A stretch of DNA of 63,058 bases, the filler included, from Octopus bimaculoides (lineage: Eukaryota), in NCBI RefSeq assembly GCF_001194135.2. It is 5 parts of 5 records of this genome, joined end to end, with 100 filler letters (N's around TTAATTAATTAA, not from the genome) between each part and the next. Parts side by side here need not be neighbours in the genome. Positions count along the whole stretch, not along the records: positions 40,512 to 53,024 come from NC_068987.1; positions 53,125 to 60,188 come from NC_069005.1; positions 60,289 to 63,058 come from NC_068996.1; 2 more parts are not named here. One strand, 5' to 3'. Shown here piece by piece: positions 52,899-63,058 of the stretch (position 1 is the first letter of the stretch; every line of letters starts with the position of its first letter). The translations under genes were made by a program, and so were the position numbers. The notes under the pieces are model-generated. The model searched no databases, had not been told where the DNA came from, and worked only from the letters and a program-made list of their open reading frames with translations.

Positions 52899-53024
52899 TG
52901 GATGGCTGCCTTGTACAGAGGCATCCGTTCGGTAGTTCGCGTCAATGGGCATCTATCAAGACCCTTCGACATTGCTCGTTCGGTCCGTCAGGGATGCCCC
53001 CTCTCGTCGCTTCTGTACGTGTTG
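52899..53024 (+). mobile_element. Tx1/L1-clade RT fragment
   Basis: Open 42 codons WMAALYRGIRSVVRVNGHLSRPFDIARSVRQGCPLSSLLYVL; abuts (TATC)n on the left and a gap on the right. Confidence 0.85.
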
Positions 53025-53124
53025 NNNNNNNNNNNNNNNNNNNNNNNNNNNNNNNNNNNNNNNNNNNNTTAATTAATTAANNNNNNNNNNNNNNNNNNNN
53101 NNNNNNNNNNNNNNNNNNNNNNNN

Positions 53125-55050
53125 TTTTTTAATAGAAAGTAGAATATTCCCTAATGAGCAAAAGGGATGTAAACGTGGATATTATGGTTGTAAAGATCAG
53201 CTACTCATCAATAAGATGATCTTAGAAGATTGTCACAAGCGACACAAAAACTTGTCAATATCCTGGATAGACTACAAAAAGGCCTTTGATAGCCTACCAC
53301 ATAGCTGGATTAGGAAATGTCTGGAAATGTATAAAATAGCACCTACTCTGCGAAACTTTTTATCTGTAAGTATGAGATCATGGAGAATCCCACTGATGTT
53401 GAGCAATGACAATGAATCTCTAAATGCTGGAGATGTAAGAATTTCATGTGGCATTTTCCAGGGTGACTTACTATCACCACTCATCTTGTGTCTAGCCTTA
53501 ATACCTCTCTCAAAATTGTTCAATGATGCACAATATGGTTATAAAATATTTAATAAAAATATAAATCATCTCATTTACATGGATGATTTAAAGCTCTTTG
53601 CAAAAAATGATCAACAACTACAGGGCCTACTAGCGATTGTTAAACAATTCAGTGATGACATCAGGATGCAATTTGGCCTCGATAAATGTGCAAAAGCTAC
53701 CTTTATCAAAGGAAAAAGTCACAAAAACATCTAATGTTAACCTTGACCAGCAAAATGTCATAAAAGAGTTAGAACCAGCGGAGAGCTACAAATACCTAGG
53801 GGTAATTGAAAGGGACTATATCAAGCATTCATTGATGAGGGAAAGGATCAGAAGAGAATGTTATCGTAGGGTGAGAGCAATACTGAAGACAGAGCCGAAC
53901 GCAAGAAACAGGAAGGAAGCGATCAATGCTCTAGCCATATCAGTCGTGACTTACAGTTTCAATATCATTAACTGGTCAATTACTGAAATATGTAATGTTG
54001 ACAGAAAAATTCGAAAACTGTTGACAATGCATAGAATGCACCACCCTAAGGCAGATATAGAACGTCTTTATCTGCCAAGAAAAGAAGGAGGCCGTGGACT
54101 TCTACAGCTGGCATTATCAATGAAGGTAGCCACAATTGGCCTAGACACCTATCTGAAAAACTCTGAGGACTGGATGCTAAAATTTGTCTCAAAACATGAA
54201 AGCAAGAAAGCATCTTACTCAGTAACAAAACAGGCAAAGGAATATCTAAGTGAATTCCAATTGCAACAAATTCAAGAATTAGACGAACTAGAAACACCTG
54301 CAGAAAANNNNNNNNNNNNNNNNNNNNNNNNNNNNNNNGGAAAACCTCTCAATGGCAAATACCCAAAGAGAGCGAATAATGCAGATACTGACAAAGCCCT
54401 TACCCATCAATGGTTAATGGCCTCTGGCTTGAAATCAGAAACAGAGGGGTTTATCATAGCAGCCCAAGATCAAACCACCACCAGTACTTGAAAATGATCA
54501 CATCGCACTCCTCTGAAACTTCACCATTCAAACTGACACAAAGATAGATGCAAATAGGCCAGACATCATACTGAAAGACTTCAGACAAAAATCATGCCTC
54601 CTCATTGATATGACTGTCCCAATTGATATAAACGTATTTGTCAAGACCTACCAAAAACTGAGCAAATATAAAGATCTTGAAATAAAAATTTGCAAAATGT
54701 GGAACCTGAAGACTAAAACAATACCAATTGTCATAGGTGCCCTAGGAATGACATCGAAACGGGCTGATTACTACTTAGCTCAGATACCAGGAAACCCCAA
54801 AATGGCTGAAGTTCAAAAGATAATGCTCATGGGAACTGCCCATATACTACGTAAAATACTGTGTATGTGATCTCAAATTTTAAAACAAACACATAATTTT
54901 CTTATGGTTTCTTAAACATTCTCTAGAACAACACTATGTACAAATCCAAATATATTGTACCTACATGAACTTCTAACTTGTTGTCTCTTGATGTCTCTGG
55001 GTGAGACTTGGATCCAACTTGTACAAATGCAAAGCAAAAGTCAAACATAA
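53125..55050 (+). mobile_element. R4/Dong-clade non-LTR retrotransposon (RT + RLE), 5' end lost in a gap, dead
   Basis: EQKGCKRG...[13 protein letters not shown]...[10 protein letters not shown]...YMDDLKLF...; RLE NRPDII..IDMTVP..KLSKYKDL..IPIVIGALG. Frameshift at ~53714; CCHC knuckle deleted after AAQDQ; W to TGA; 3' UTR ends in (TAA)n. Confidence 0.93.
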
Positions 55051-55072
55051 AATAATAATAATAATAATAATA

Positions 55073-55632
55073 CAGGCAGTGGCTTATGCCCTGATGCAGT
55101 ACCAGGCAGTGGCTCTCATGGCTTCTGATCTTAATTGATTGGAAGTATTATCATGTAAATTGTTTTGTCTTGGTATAGAAAGATGGGCTACAGCAAATAT
55201 TCTGCTCAATACCACAAATTTGCTTGTCAGTTGTTTGACCTTAACCAGTTGAGCATGTCCCTTGGTGGCTGACGATATGTGCATCTCCGATCATGAGCAG
55301 AAGTAGTGGGGGAGTATCATAGCTATGTGTTGAGAGGAATTGTTTGGGGTTTGGATAATTCACCTTTGGAAACATGGGTGTTTTGCTCAACATCCTTAAA
55401 CAAACCTTATTCAGAGACCTTTTGAGCGGGATGGGCTACTCAACCTGAAGAAAATTCTAATTTGGGCCCCACCTGCGAGGTCATGTGCTGTTTATCTTGA
55501 TATGAGATCACCATGTCGCGCACTTATGGTTGTGATGCATGTGCCTGGTGTACCCTTATCAGACGGGTAGTCATGATGGATATAATGGGCTTCGTATATT
55601 TTACCCCAGTGTCACTTTGATGGCATGCACTG
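55073..55632. repeat. Unclassified ~560-bp insert bounded by (TAA)n on both sides
   Basis: No coding similarity recognised. (TAA)n at 55051-55071 and 55636-55648; 12-bp direct repeat CAGGCAGTGGCT at 55073 and 55103. Repeat status is inferred (one copy in the window). Confidence 0.5.
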
Positions 55633-55650
55633 ATATAATAATAATAATTA

Positions 55651-55810
55651 CAACATCGAAATATACCTTAGGAATGAGAACCCGGGTTCGAAAGTTCCCA
55701 AAGACACCTGATGAAGGCTGGAGAGTATATCAGCCGAAACGTTGTATTAACAACAAACAAGATGAGGAGGAATATCCGTCAATTGTAACTAATGTAAATA
55801 ATGTATATGA
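55651..55810 (+). mobile_element. Hammerhead-bearing repeat, copy 1 (head absent)
   Basis: Highly similar to 61470-61625; hammerhead motif at 55703-55748. Confidence 0.85.
55703..55748 (+). ncRNA. Minimal type I hammerhead ribozyme motif
   Basis: GACAC-CUGAUGA-A-GGCUG gagaguauau CAGCC-GAAAC-GUU-GUAUU. Confidence 0.72.
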
Positions 55811-55829
55811 CTAACACTTTCCTCCTTTT

Positions 55830-56900
55830 ATTTATCTGTATTGGAAATGTACCTGGTTTTTGTCTATCTTAGCTTTTCATCCAGTCAGTCCTCAATACCT
55901 GATCTCCAACAAACTTTCTGTCTCCTTTTTCAGCCTTCCTTTCTGCAACCACAACCATGTTCCATTATTACTGTTTCCTGCGACTATCTTTGCGAACCTA
56001 CCATTTAAAGCCTTCTCCTGCCAGTCAGATAAACTTGCTTATTTTTCTCTGGTTTTTAACTTCATTTGTTTTTTTTATTTCTCCATCTTTTATTGTTACT
56101 CTAGAAACCTTTATAAAAATTTCCACACTATTACCTACATTAGAGGTTATATCTTCTCTAGCTACCTCCATGCAGTTTTCTACTGATATCAAACCTCTAC
56201 CACTCTCCTTTCTAGGTAAATGTAATCTTGGTATTCCTGTTCTTGGATGAAACTGAATTCCTTCCTAGTTCTGTCTAGATTTGCTAATTCAGATTTCGTC
56301 CAATCTACAAAAACTGCTGAATATCTAAGTAACGGTACTGCCCAAGTATTTACAGCTTTCACTAGATTCGAACCATTTAGCTTTGACTATATTAACCTCC
56401 TCACCCTTCTGATATATATTTTGGATGATAATTGAATGCCTTAATTGTGGACTACTCGTCCCAATACTATAACTAATATCGCGTACTTATCTACGCCAAA
56501 TCCCATACCTATATCTTTGCTGAAGAGTCTAACAGTTTGTAATTTTATTCTTACTAAAAAGCTTCAGATAATCCATGTGGAGGAAATTGTTAATTTTCTC
56601 TTTACTATCTCTAAGCTGACACCCTACCTTTGCCTTGCTTAATACTAAACTGAATGGAATTAAACATAACACAAATATTAAAGGGAATAACGAGTTTCCC
56701 TGGAACCTGGAAAATTCCTCTTTTGATATTAACTTTCCCTAAGGCCGTATCACCTGAGTAGAGATCTACTTTCCATTATTCCATTTTATAGCTAATTAAT
56801 TCTCTTATGTTGTCTGCAATACTGAATACTCTCATAATCTATTCATGCTGTTGTTAATTTTTTCTTTCAAAATTTCACTAATGGTAAGCAAGTTCTTCAC
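55830..56900 (-). mobile_element. Second, older R4/Dong-type element fragment
   Basis: Minus strand KVNIKRGIFQ.GNSLFPLIFVLCLIP...INNFLHMDYLKLFSKN...DIGMGFGVDKY...KAVNTWAVPLLRYSA...LPRKESGRGL...WLWLQKGRLKKETES...KAKIDKT. Confidence 0.85.
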
Positions 56901-57099
56901 ATTAGCCTCTACTTTGTTACTTTAAACATACTTTAATTTTAACCCCAAAGTGCTAACATACGTTTCCTGTAAACCCCTACTTTGCGTTCACTTTCAAGCT
57001 GCACTGCGTCACTACCTGGTTGCAGCTGTTCGGGCAAAAAGCAAAGAAACAAATAAACAACAACAAAGACTATTGAGCCTGAAACATTTCACCATTTTC

Positions 57100-57340
57100 C
57101 AAAACTAGTTGGCGTTTACCTAGCGGCGAAACTCTTGTAACGACACTAACTTTTTGCACCTTCCGAAATGTAACCGACCCTTTTGGTCCCTTACCAAAAG
57201 GATAAATGGTCTCTGTCAACTTTGTGGATCCCTCTTTTTTCGTATTCTAAAGAACGATGGTTCCATGAGCGTAGTGAAAGTCTTCAATTTTCTTGTCCAC
57301 TTTGCATCTAACTACTTACTCTTGGCCAATTTCCTTTAAA
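57100..57340 (+). mobile_element. Possible very degraded Jockey/CR1-like LINE linker fragment
   Basis: FWSLTKRING...KNDGSM...HFASN resembles FWSL.K...DGS.....F.SNS upstream of RT; weak. Confidence 0.35.
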
Positions 57341-57589
57341 TATATTCCTACCTCTCAAATAGGCTCCATGCTAGTTTACAGACGCGCGCACGCACACCAA
57401 ATGTGGAAATACCTCAAGCAAACAAGACGACAGGTCTTGGCAATGTCCCCTCTATTACCTTGAATGATTCAGTGTATCTACGCAGGTCTGGATAGTGAGG
57501 GTTAAGATGCAGAATATTTATTGAATATTTTTAGAGAGAGAGAGAAAGATGCTGTTAGGCAATTTTCCCTTTCCATTGCTAACACTCAA

Positions 57590-58350
57590 TTCCCCACACC
57601 TTTCAGTATGGTGGACTTCACTTGCGACGAAGTGAGGGCAACGGTGGCAAACGCTCGTGCAGATTTTGATTCAAAGCCATTTGGTACCACTTATAGAATT
57701 TACAAAACTGCCCACTACTGTTGAAGAGGTTAGAAAGACTTTCACATTTGATGTGGGAGAAAACCAGGAACCTTGGCTCTGGATATTTGTTGATGGTTGC
57801 TTTGCTCTCAGTAGGACTTAACTTGATTCAAGAGATTTCCATTTTGGACATTGAAGGAAAGATCTTTTGGGCTATCATTGCCAAAAAGTCAACATCCCAT
57901 GGTTAACGAGAACATCGACACGAGTATTCGTAAAGGCTACTCTGGATACCACGAGCACACTGCAGCCAGCCATGGTATTAAGGAGGCAAGGAGGAACAAC
58001 AACTCATTTTCCGCCAAATGGTTGGATCTTGTTAAAGCGTACCCAAGCATGCTCCAGCAGCTACTCTGAAGTACAATAGAGTATTACTAAGTACCAAAAG
58101 AAGTAGTCCATCGCATAATGCCCCAAATTAACACGCTGAGTATGAGGTTCATCGTAAGAAATTTCACCACTAATTGGCAGAGATTGGAAAAAGGCATTAT
58201 CGTAGAGCGCACAATTTCCGTGATGCTATTTAAGGCAGCCATGAACCTGTTAGGCGTGGGAGGGAAGCAGTCGAGATGTCCCGAAAGCGACGACAATACA
58301 GGAAATCCAGTTTGCAGGGCCTTCATGGATGACATAACGATTATGACACC
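57590..58350 (+). mobile_element. HERO-like (RLE-class) non-LTR RT fragment, degraded
   Basis: ISILDIEGKIFW; IDTSIRKG...EHT; WLDLVKAYPS; FTTNWQRLEKGI...TISVMLF.AAMNL; RAFMDDITIMT. These resemble HERO WQ.LE.GIMAGCTISP..F..AM...IRA(F/Y)MDD.T. Confidence 0.72.
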
Positions 58351-58991
58351 GTAGCAGGGATTCGAACCCTATCGCTAGATACTCAGTTACAACCACGAGT
58401 GAGCCACCACAGTTTTATATGATTGATCGAAAATCGACCAATCAGCGTGGAGCTGTGGCGTGAGATGGCTTTCTTGAACGTTCTAAAATTTAACTTTTTG
58501 TTCCCCGTTAAAAACTGTTTGGCAGTTAACTCGGAGACCAAGAATGCAGATTGACTGCTGGCGCCACAGACTGCCTTGGACTTTTGAGTAGACAACTCTT
58601 GGCACTTGTTCAGACCACACGATATTCTACAGATAGATTTCTACATTCATAGGGCATTTTTCTCTCCTCCCAAACGGCAATTATTAATATCATTCATTGT
58701 AAATGGCCAACACCAAATATCATTGACCAGCAATAAACATTTGAGTTAAATGTCCATGAGTTTGCTTCAGTTATTACTCATGAATTCAACAACGTCCACA
58801 CATACACCACAACAGTGATAATTAAGCCATCTAATTCAACGTTTGAAGTATATCATCATTAATCAGCTCAACTCAATCAACAAGCGAACCAGGCGACAAT
58901 ACCATCAGTGGTGGACATTAAGCACAGTGGACATTGAGCTGGCTTGAAAAGATGCTCACACGGTAATACTTGAAATTAAATCCAACGAAAT

Positions 58992-59048
58992 CTCGAAGCC
59001 AGAATATTCTTAAGAAGCCAGAATATTCTCGAAGCCAGAATATTCTTA
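58992..59048. repeat. Three tandem GAAGCCAGAATATTCT units
   Basis: Direct reading. Confidence 0.9.
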
Positions 59049-59192
59049 AAGAAAAGCTGACAAATGGCATCTCCAGTATTCTGATAAGTTAAATAAAATG
59101 AATTCTATACCTTGGGCAAAACATGATCATACCCTGAAGGATATTTGAATATGAATTAGAAGCTCGAGGTATATAAACAAAATCGAATACAG

Positions 59193-59685
59193 ATACACAA
59201 GCTATGCGTGGTGTTAGTCTGTGGGTCGGCTGCAGTTTTTAGGCGCTTGATGTAAAAAAAGAAAAAAACACCTGAAAGTAAGTCATAGTCAAGCAAGACA
59301 ACTCGAGACAACAAAGTTTTGTCATTGTTGTGACTTTTCAATGTCGCATACCGAACAAGGCCCGCTGCTAATCATCGATGTCTGTCGCTTCGAGAAAGGA
59401 CCTATGTGAGTTGTCTCGATTGACTGACTTACTTTCAGGTGTTGTTTTACACCAGGCGCATTCTCTGACGCATGAAAACTGCAGCCGACCTACGAACTAA
59501 CACAAATAACTTGTGTATGTGTGTTTGGTTTTATTTATATATCTTGAACTGCTTCTAATTCATATTTGAATTTTTTCCGTGGCATGATACGCTGGGACTT
59601 GCTAGCAGACTGTGTTTAAACATTTAGCATATATTCATAGCGATATCGCTTGCAGCGGGCCTTGTTCGGTATGCGGCATTGAAAA
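59193..59685. repeat. Two interleaved inverted repeats (A-B-A'-B')
   Basis: A 59193-59304 with A' 59408-59518; B 59335-59368 with B' 59652-59685 (33/34 complementary). Confidence 0.88.
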
Positions 59686-60433
59686 TGAGCATATGAAGGC
59701 AACACTGGATAGTGTAGTTTTGGTTCCACTTTATCAAGAGAAAAGATGATTATTGGGGACGGAAAGCTTTTGATCATAGGTCTACTCATCTAGAGCTGAT
59801 CTAGCGGGGGTTAAACAACAACAGCAACGACGACGACAACAACAATAATAGAATCAGATATTTAAAGAGAAGAAAACCACTTAAATAAGTAAATGAAGAC
59901 AAAATTTCTTGATGAATATTTATTCAAGATCCTAAAGACTTCGTCAATACTCTTTCATGTCAAACAAGAGGAAGTTAAATATTATTAGCAATCCAGTCTC
60001 GGAAATAAGCCACACTGCTAAAGGCACTGATTTCTTTGTCGCATTTGTTACCAAAAGATGTCACTCCTACTAGCACCATTTTCCCTGTTATTTTACTAAG
60101 ACAGTACAGTGGTCCACCAGAGTCGCCCTGGAATTATGAAAAGGAAAAACATTATGAGAAACAAAAGGAATTTGAAAATATATTATTGNNNNNNNNNNNN
60201 NNNNNNNNNNNNNNNNNNNNNNNNNNNNNNNNTTAATTAATTAANNNNNNNNNNNNNNNNNNNNNNNNNNNNNNNNNNNNNNNNNNNNCTGTTAATTGCT
60301 TGGTCTTTCACATATCTTACATATTATTGTATAACTAAATATTATATAAATATCATCCAGCAATATAGTATGGTAGCGAACAACCTTAGAGGAGCTTTGA
60401 AATGCAATTTATAAGGTTATTTACCCAGATGAT

Positions 60434-60543
60434 TGGCTGTGTGGTAAATAGCTTGGCACCTTGGGCAAGTGTTTACGACTATAGCCTCAAGCCAACCAAA
60501 GCCTTGTGAGTGGATCTGGTAGACGGAAAATGAAAGAAGCCCA

Positions 60544-60599
<56 letters not shown>

Positions 60600-60765
60600 N
60601 NNNNNNNNNNNNNNNNNNNCAACCGTAACTTAGCGGTTCGTCAATGAGATAGAATAAGTACTGGGCTTACAAAGAATAAATCCTGTGGTCGATTTGCTCG
60701 ACTAAAGCTACTGCTTCGGCATGGCCGCAGTCAAATGACTGAAACAAGTAAAAAGAATAAAAAAA
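60434..60765 (+). mobile_element. SINE family A with a deleted head segment
   Basis: GGCTGTGTGGTAAATAGCTTG|GCACCTTGGGCAAG... through tail CATGGCCGCAGTCAAATGACTGAAACAAGT. Confidence 0.85.
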
Positions 60766-60951
60766 AAGAAAGAAAAAGAATATATATATTTATACAAACA
60801 CACACACACACACACATCTGTTTGCGTGTATCTTTCTATTTCTGTTATGTTTGTCCTACACCACCGCTTGAGATCCTGTGAAGGTTTGTCTTCGACCTCG
60901 TAGCATTGGCCAAAGAGACCAACAGAATGCATACCAGGCTTTAAAAATAAG

Positions 60952-61253
60952 CACTGGTGTCCCCATCCGGGGTCCACAGAAGCTTTGAGTGGGGTCCATG
61001 AGTAAAAAATTGTAATTTGTGGGTCCATATATAAATTTTGTTTACTAGGAGAGGTATCTGTATTTATTGAAATTTTCAAGATTTCGTATTTGGAATTTAT
61101 GCTATGAATATAACGAAATTATTTCATCGTTAGATTTTACTAACCTACAAACAAAGATTTTATTTCAAAAATTTACATGTGCATATATGGGGTCCACAGA
61201 TGATAAGATAGCTCTCATGGGGTCCACAAGCATTATAAAGTTGGGAACCCCTG
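60952..61253. mobile_element. hAT-like MITE
   Basis: Right end GTTGGGAACCCCTG, degenerate left end, repeated subterminal GGGGTCCA motifs; no 8-bp TSD seen. Confidence 0.5.
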
Positions 61254-61354
61254 GACTAAACTCTTCAAGGTGGTGCAGCTTTATGGCCACATTTTAATGA
61301 ATAAATCAAGCAAAACATAAATGAAACAATTATTTACATTATTTACATTTGACG

Positions 61355-61420
61355 AATGGCGTACTGGTTAAGAGCGCGTACTGCTAACCCCAAGATTCCG
61401 AGTTCGATTGCAGGCAGTGA

Positions 61421-61459
<39 letters not shown>

Positions 61460-61655
61460 CAACAACAACAACAACATCGAAAAATACCTTAGGAATGAGA
61501 ACCCAGGTTCGAAATTTCCCCAAGACACCTGATGAAGGCTGGAGGGTATATCAGCCGAAACGTTGCGTTAACAACAAACAAGATGAGGACAAATATCCGT
61601 CAAATGTAAATAATGTATATAATGTACATAATTCCTCATCTCTTAAATATAGAAT
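61355..61655 (+). mobile_element. Composite element: tRNA-like head + (AAT)n(AAC)n + hammerhead body
   Basis: A-box-like TGGCGTACTGG (61357), B-box GAGTTCGATT, microsatellite ~61424-61475, body shared with 55651-55810. Confidence 0.82.
61524..61569 (+). ncRNA. Minimal type I hammerhead ribozyme motif
   Basis: GACAC-CUGAUGA-A-GGCUG gaggguauau CAGCC-GAAAC-GUU-GCGUU. Confidence 0.72.
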
Positions 61656-62493
61656 TGTATACATGAAATAATGTATATGTGTGTGAGCGTGCATATACAC
61701 ATACGCACATATTCACATATATGTGATTCCATGTACAAATATTTAAATAATATATGCATACACATATTTATAAATATATATATATATATATATGCATGTG
61801 CATAAATGCGTTTTTGTATTTATATATATATTTGTGTGCGCGTGTGTGTATATATATATATATAATACAAAGAATATATATGCATGTAATACATACATAT
61901 ATGTACATACTTACATCTACATGTGTATATAGATGCATATCAGGGTACAGATATATATACATATATATATATATATGCCTACACACACACATGCATACGT
62001 ACATGTGTGTGTGTGTGTGTATGCATGTGTACATGTGCAGAGAGAGAGAGAGATAGAGAGAGAGAGTGAGAGACGGGGGAGAGACTCCTCCTGTCTTCTC
62101 ATATTTATTCAGTTACTCCCCACCATCTTCAACTCCAGGGACATCGCATATAATCCTCCGTACATGTTTAAATAGTGTTTATTAATTCCAAAATAAGCAA
62201 AAAAATATTTTAATGGGATTTTCATATTTTATATGGTGTCCGTGCAAAAGCGAGAAGTAGAAAGTGGAGTAGGAGGAGAGGAAATAGGAAAAGGAAGATA
62301 GTGTTGAAGGGGGAGATGAAGCAAGAAGACAGAGAAAGCGGAGAACAAAACAGTGACGAAGAATAAGGTTTAGAGTTAAGAGACAAGATAAGTTCGAGGA
62401 AGATATATGTATGCATATATAGCTATGAAGGCGCACTCACACATACAAACACACTCCCTCTTTCTCTCTCTCACTTACACACACACACACATA

Positions 62494-62700
62494 CTCACTC
62501 GTTTCAGTCATTGGATTGCGGCCATGATGGAGCATCGCTGTATTGAGCTTTAGTCGAATAATCGACCTCAGCACTATGCTCCATTTAAGTTTGCTACTAA
62601 CTCTAGCATTATTTTTTGCCGAACCGCTAAAGTACGTGGACTTAAAACCAAAACTAGTTGGCAAAACGAAGGAAGAGTGTGAGAATTACAAACACAAAGA
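62494..62700 (-). mobile_element. SINE family A tail
   Basis: GTTTCAGTCATTGGATTGCGGCCATG...TTGCCGAACCGCTAA. Confidence 0.72.
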
Positions 62701-63058
62701 CACATACACACACACACTCTCTTTCTCTCTCTCCCGCCTTCTCTCTCTCCCTCTCTTTCTCTCCCTCTCTTTCTCTCTCTCATACACACACGCATTTATA
62801 TATATATGTGGCTCGTGTGTTCTCGTCTACGTTTGTTTGCAATGTCCTGTACCCAGATATGCACCTATACATACAGGTGGATGTCGGTATGCACATACCT
62901 GTACGTATATATGCATATACTCATTTACTTTTGTTTTTACATGATTGAACGCAGCGTCTCACAAAAATTGTAAGTAGTTTTCGTAAACTTATCCTCCGAC
63001 GCTACTCTATCTCTTTCTCTTTCTCTCTCTCATACACACACGCATTTATATATATATG

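Noticed and set aside
1029-62948. Most ORF-track entries ([16 protein letters not shown] and X-rich ORFs)
   Set aside because: Translations of microsatellites and N gaps.
10526-63058. Search for Wnt9 exons 3-4 or another host gene
   Set aside because: No acceptor-bounded G(F/Y)KETAF, CxCD or WxWGGC sequence was found by eye; it may lie in a gap or beyond the window.

Overview
AT-rich, microsatellite-saturated, gapped animal genomic scaffold. The SINE repertoire, microsatellite load and TTAATTAATTAA gap spacers suggest a coleoid cephalopod (Octopus-like) draft assembly; this is inference, not proof. The only host gene I can support is a + strand Wnt9 orthologue. Coding exon 1 (960-1054, MFRSRKEPSWTHYHWQICTLFAFLPYSLAYFG) is missing from the ORF track and splices in phase 2 to exon 2 (10248-10525). 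No exon 3 was found, so the remaining ~52 kb is probably one giant intron. That interval is filled with decayed mobile DNA: at least four tRNA-derived SINE families, RTE, Tx1, R4/Dong (two families), HERO-like and Penelope-like retroelement fragments, maT/mariner/pogo/hAT derivatives and foldback MITEs, plus a tRNA-Leu(TAA) pseudogene. The most interesting signal is a set of minimal type I hammerhead-ribozyme motifs from at least three sequence families (22414-, 34881+, 45444+, 55703+, 61524+). One of them is the 3' module of a composite element: tRNA-like Pol III head, then (AAT)n(AAC)n, then hammerhead, i.e. a candidate ribozyme-bearing, Penelope-mobilised SINE. Also notable are a pre-miRNA-like hairpin in Wnt9 intron 1, a stack of three elements in one (TAA)n tract, and two interleaved inverted repeats at 59.2-59.7 kb. 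All folds and alignments were done by eye; SINE and LINE boundaries are approximate.
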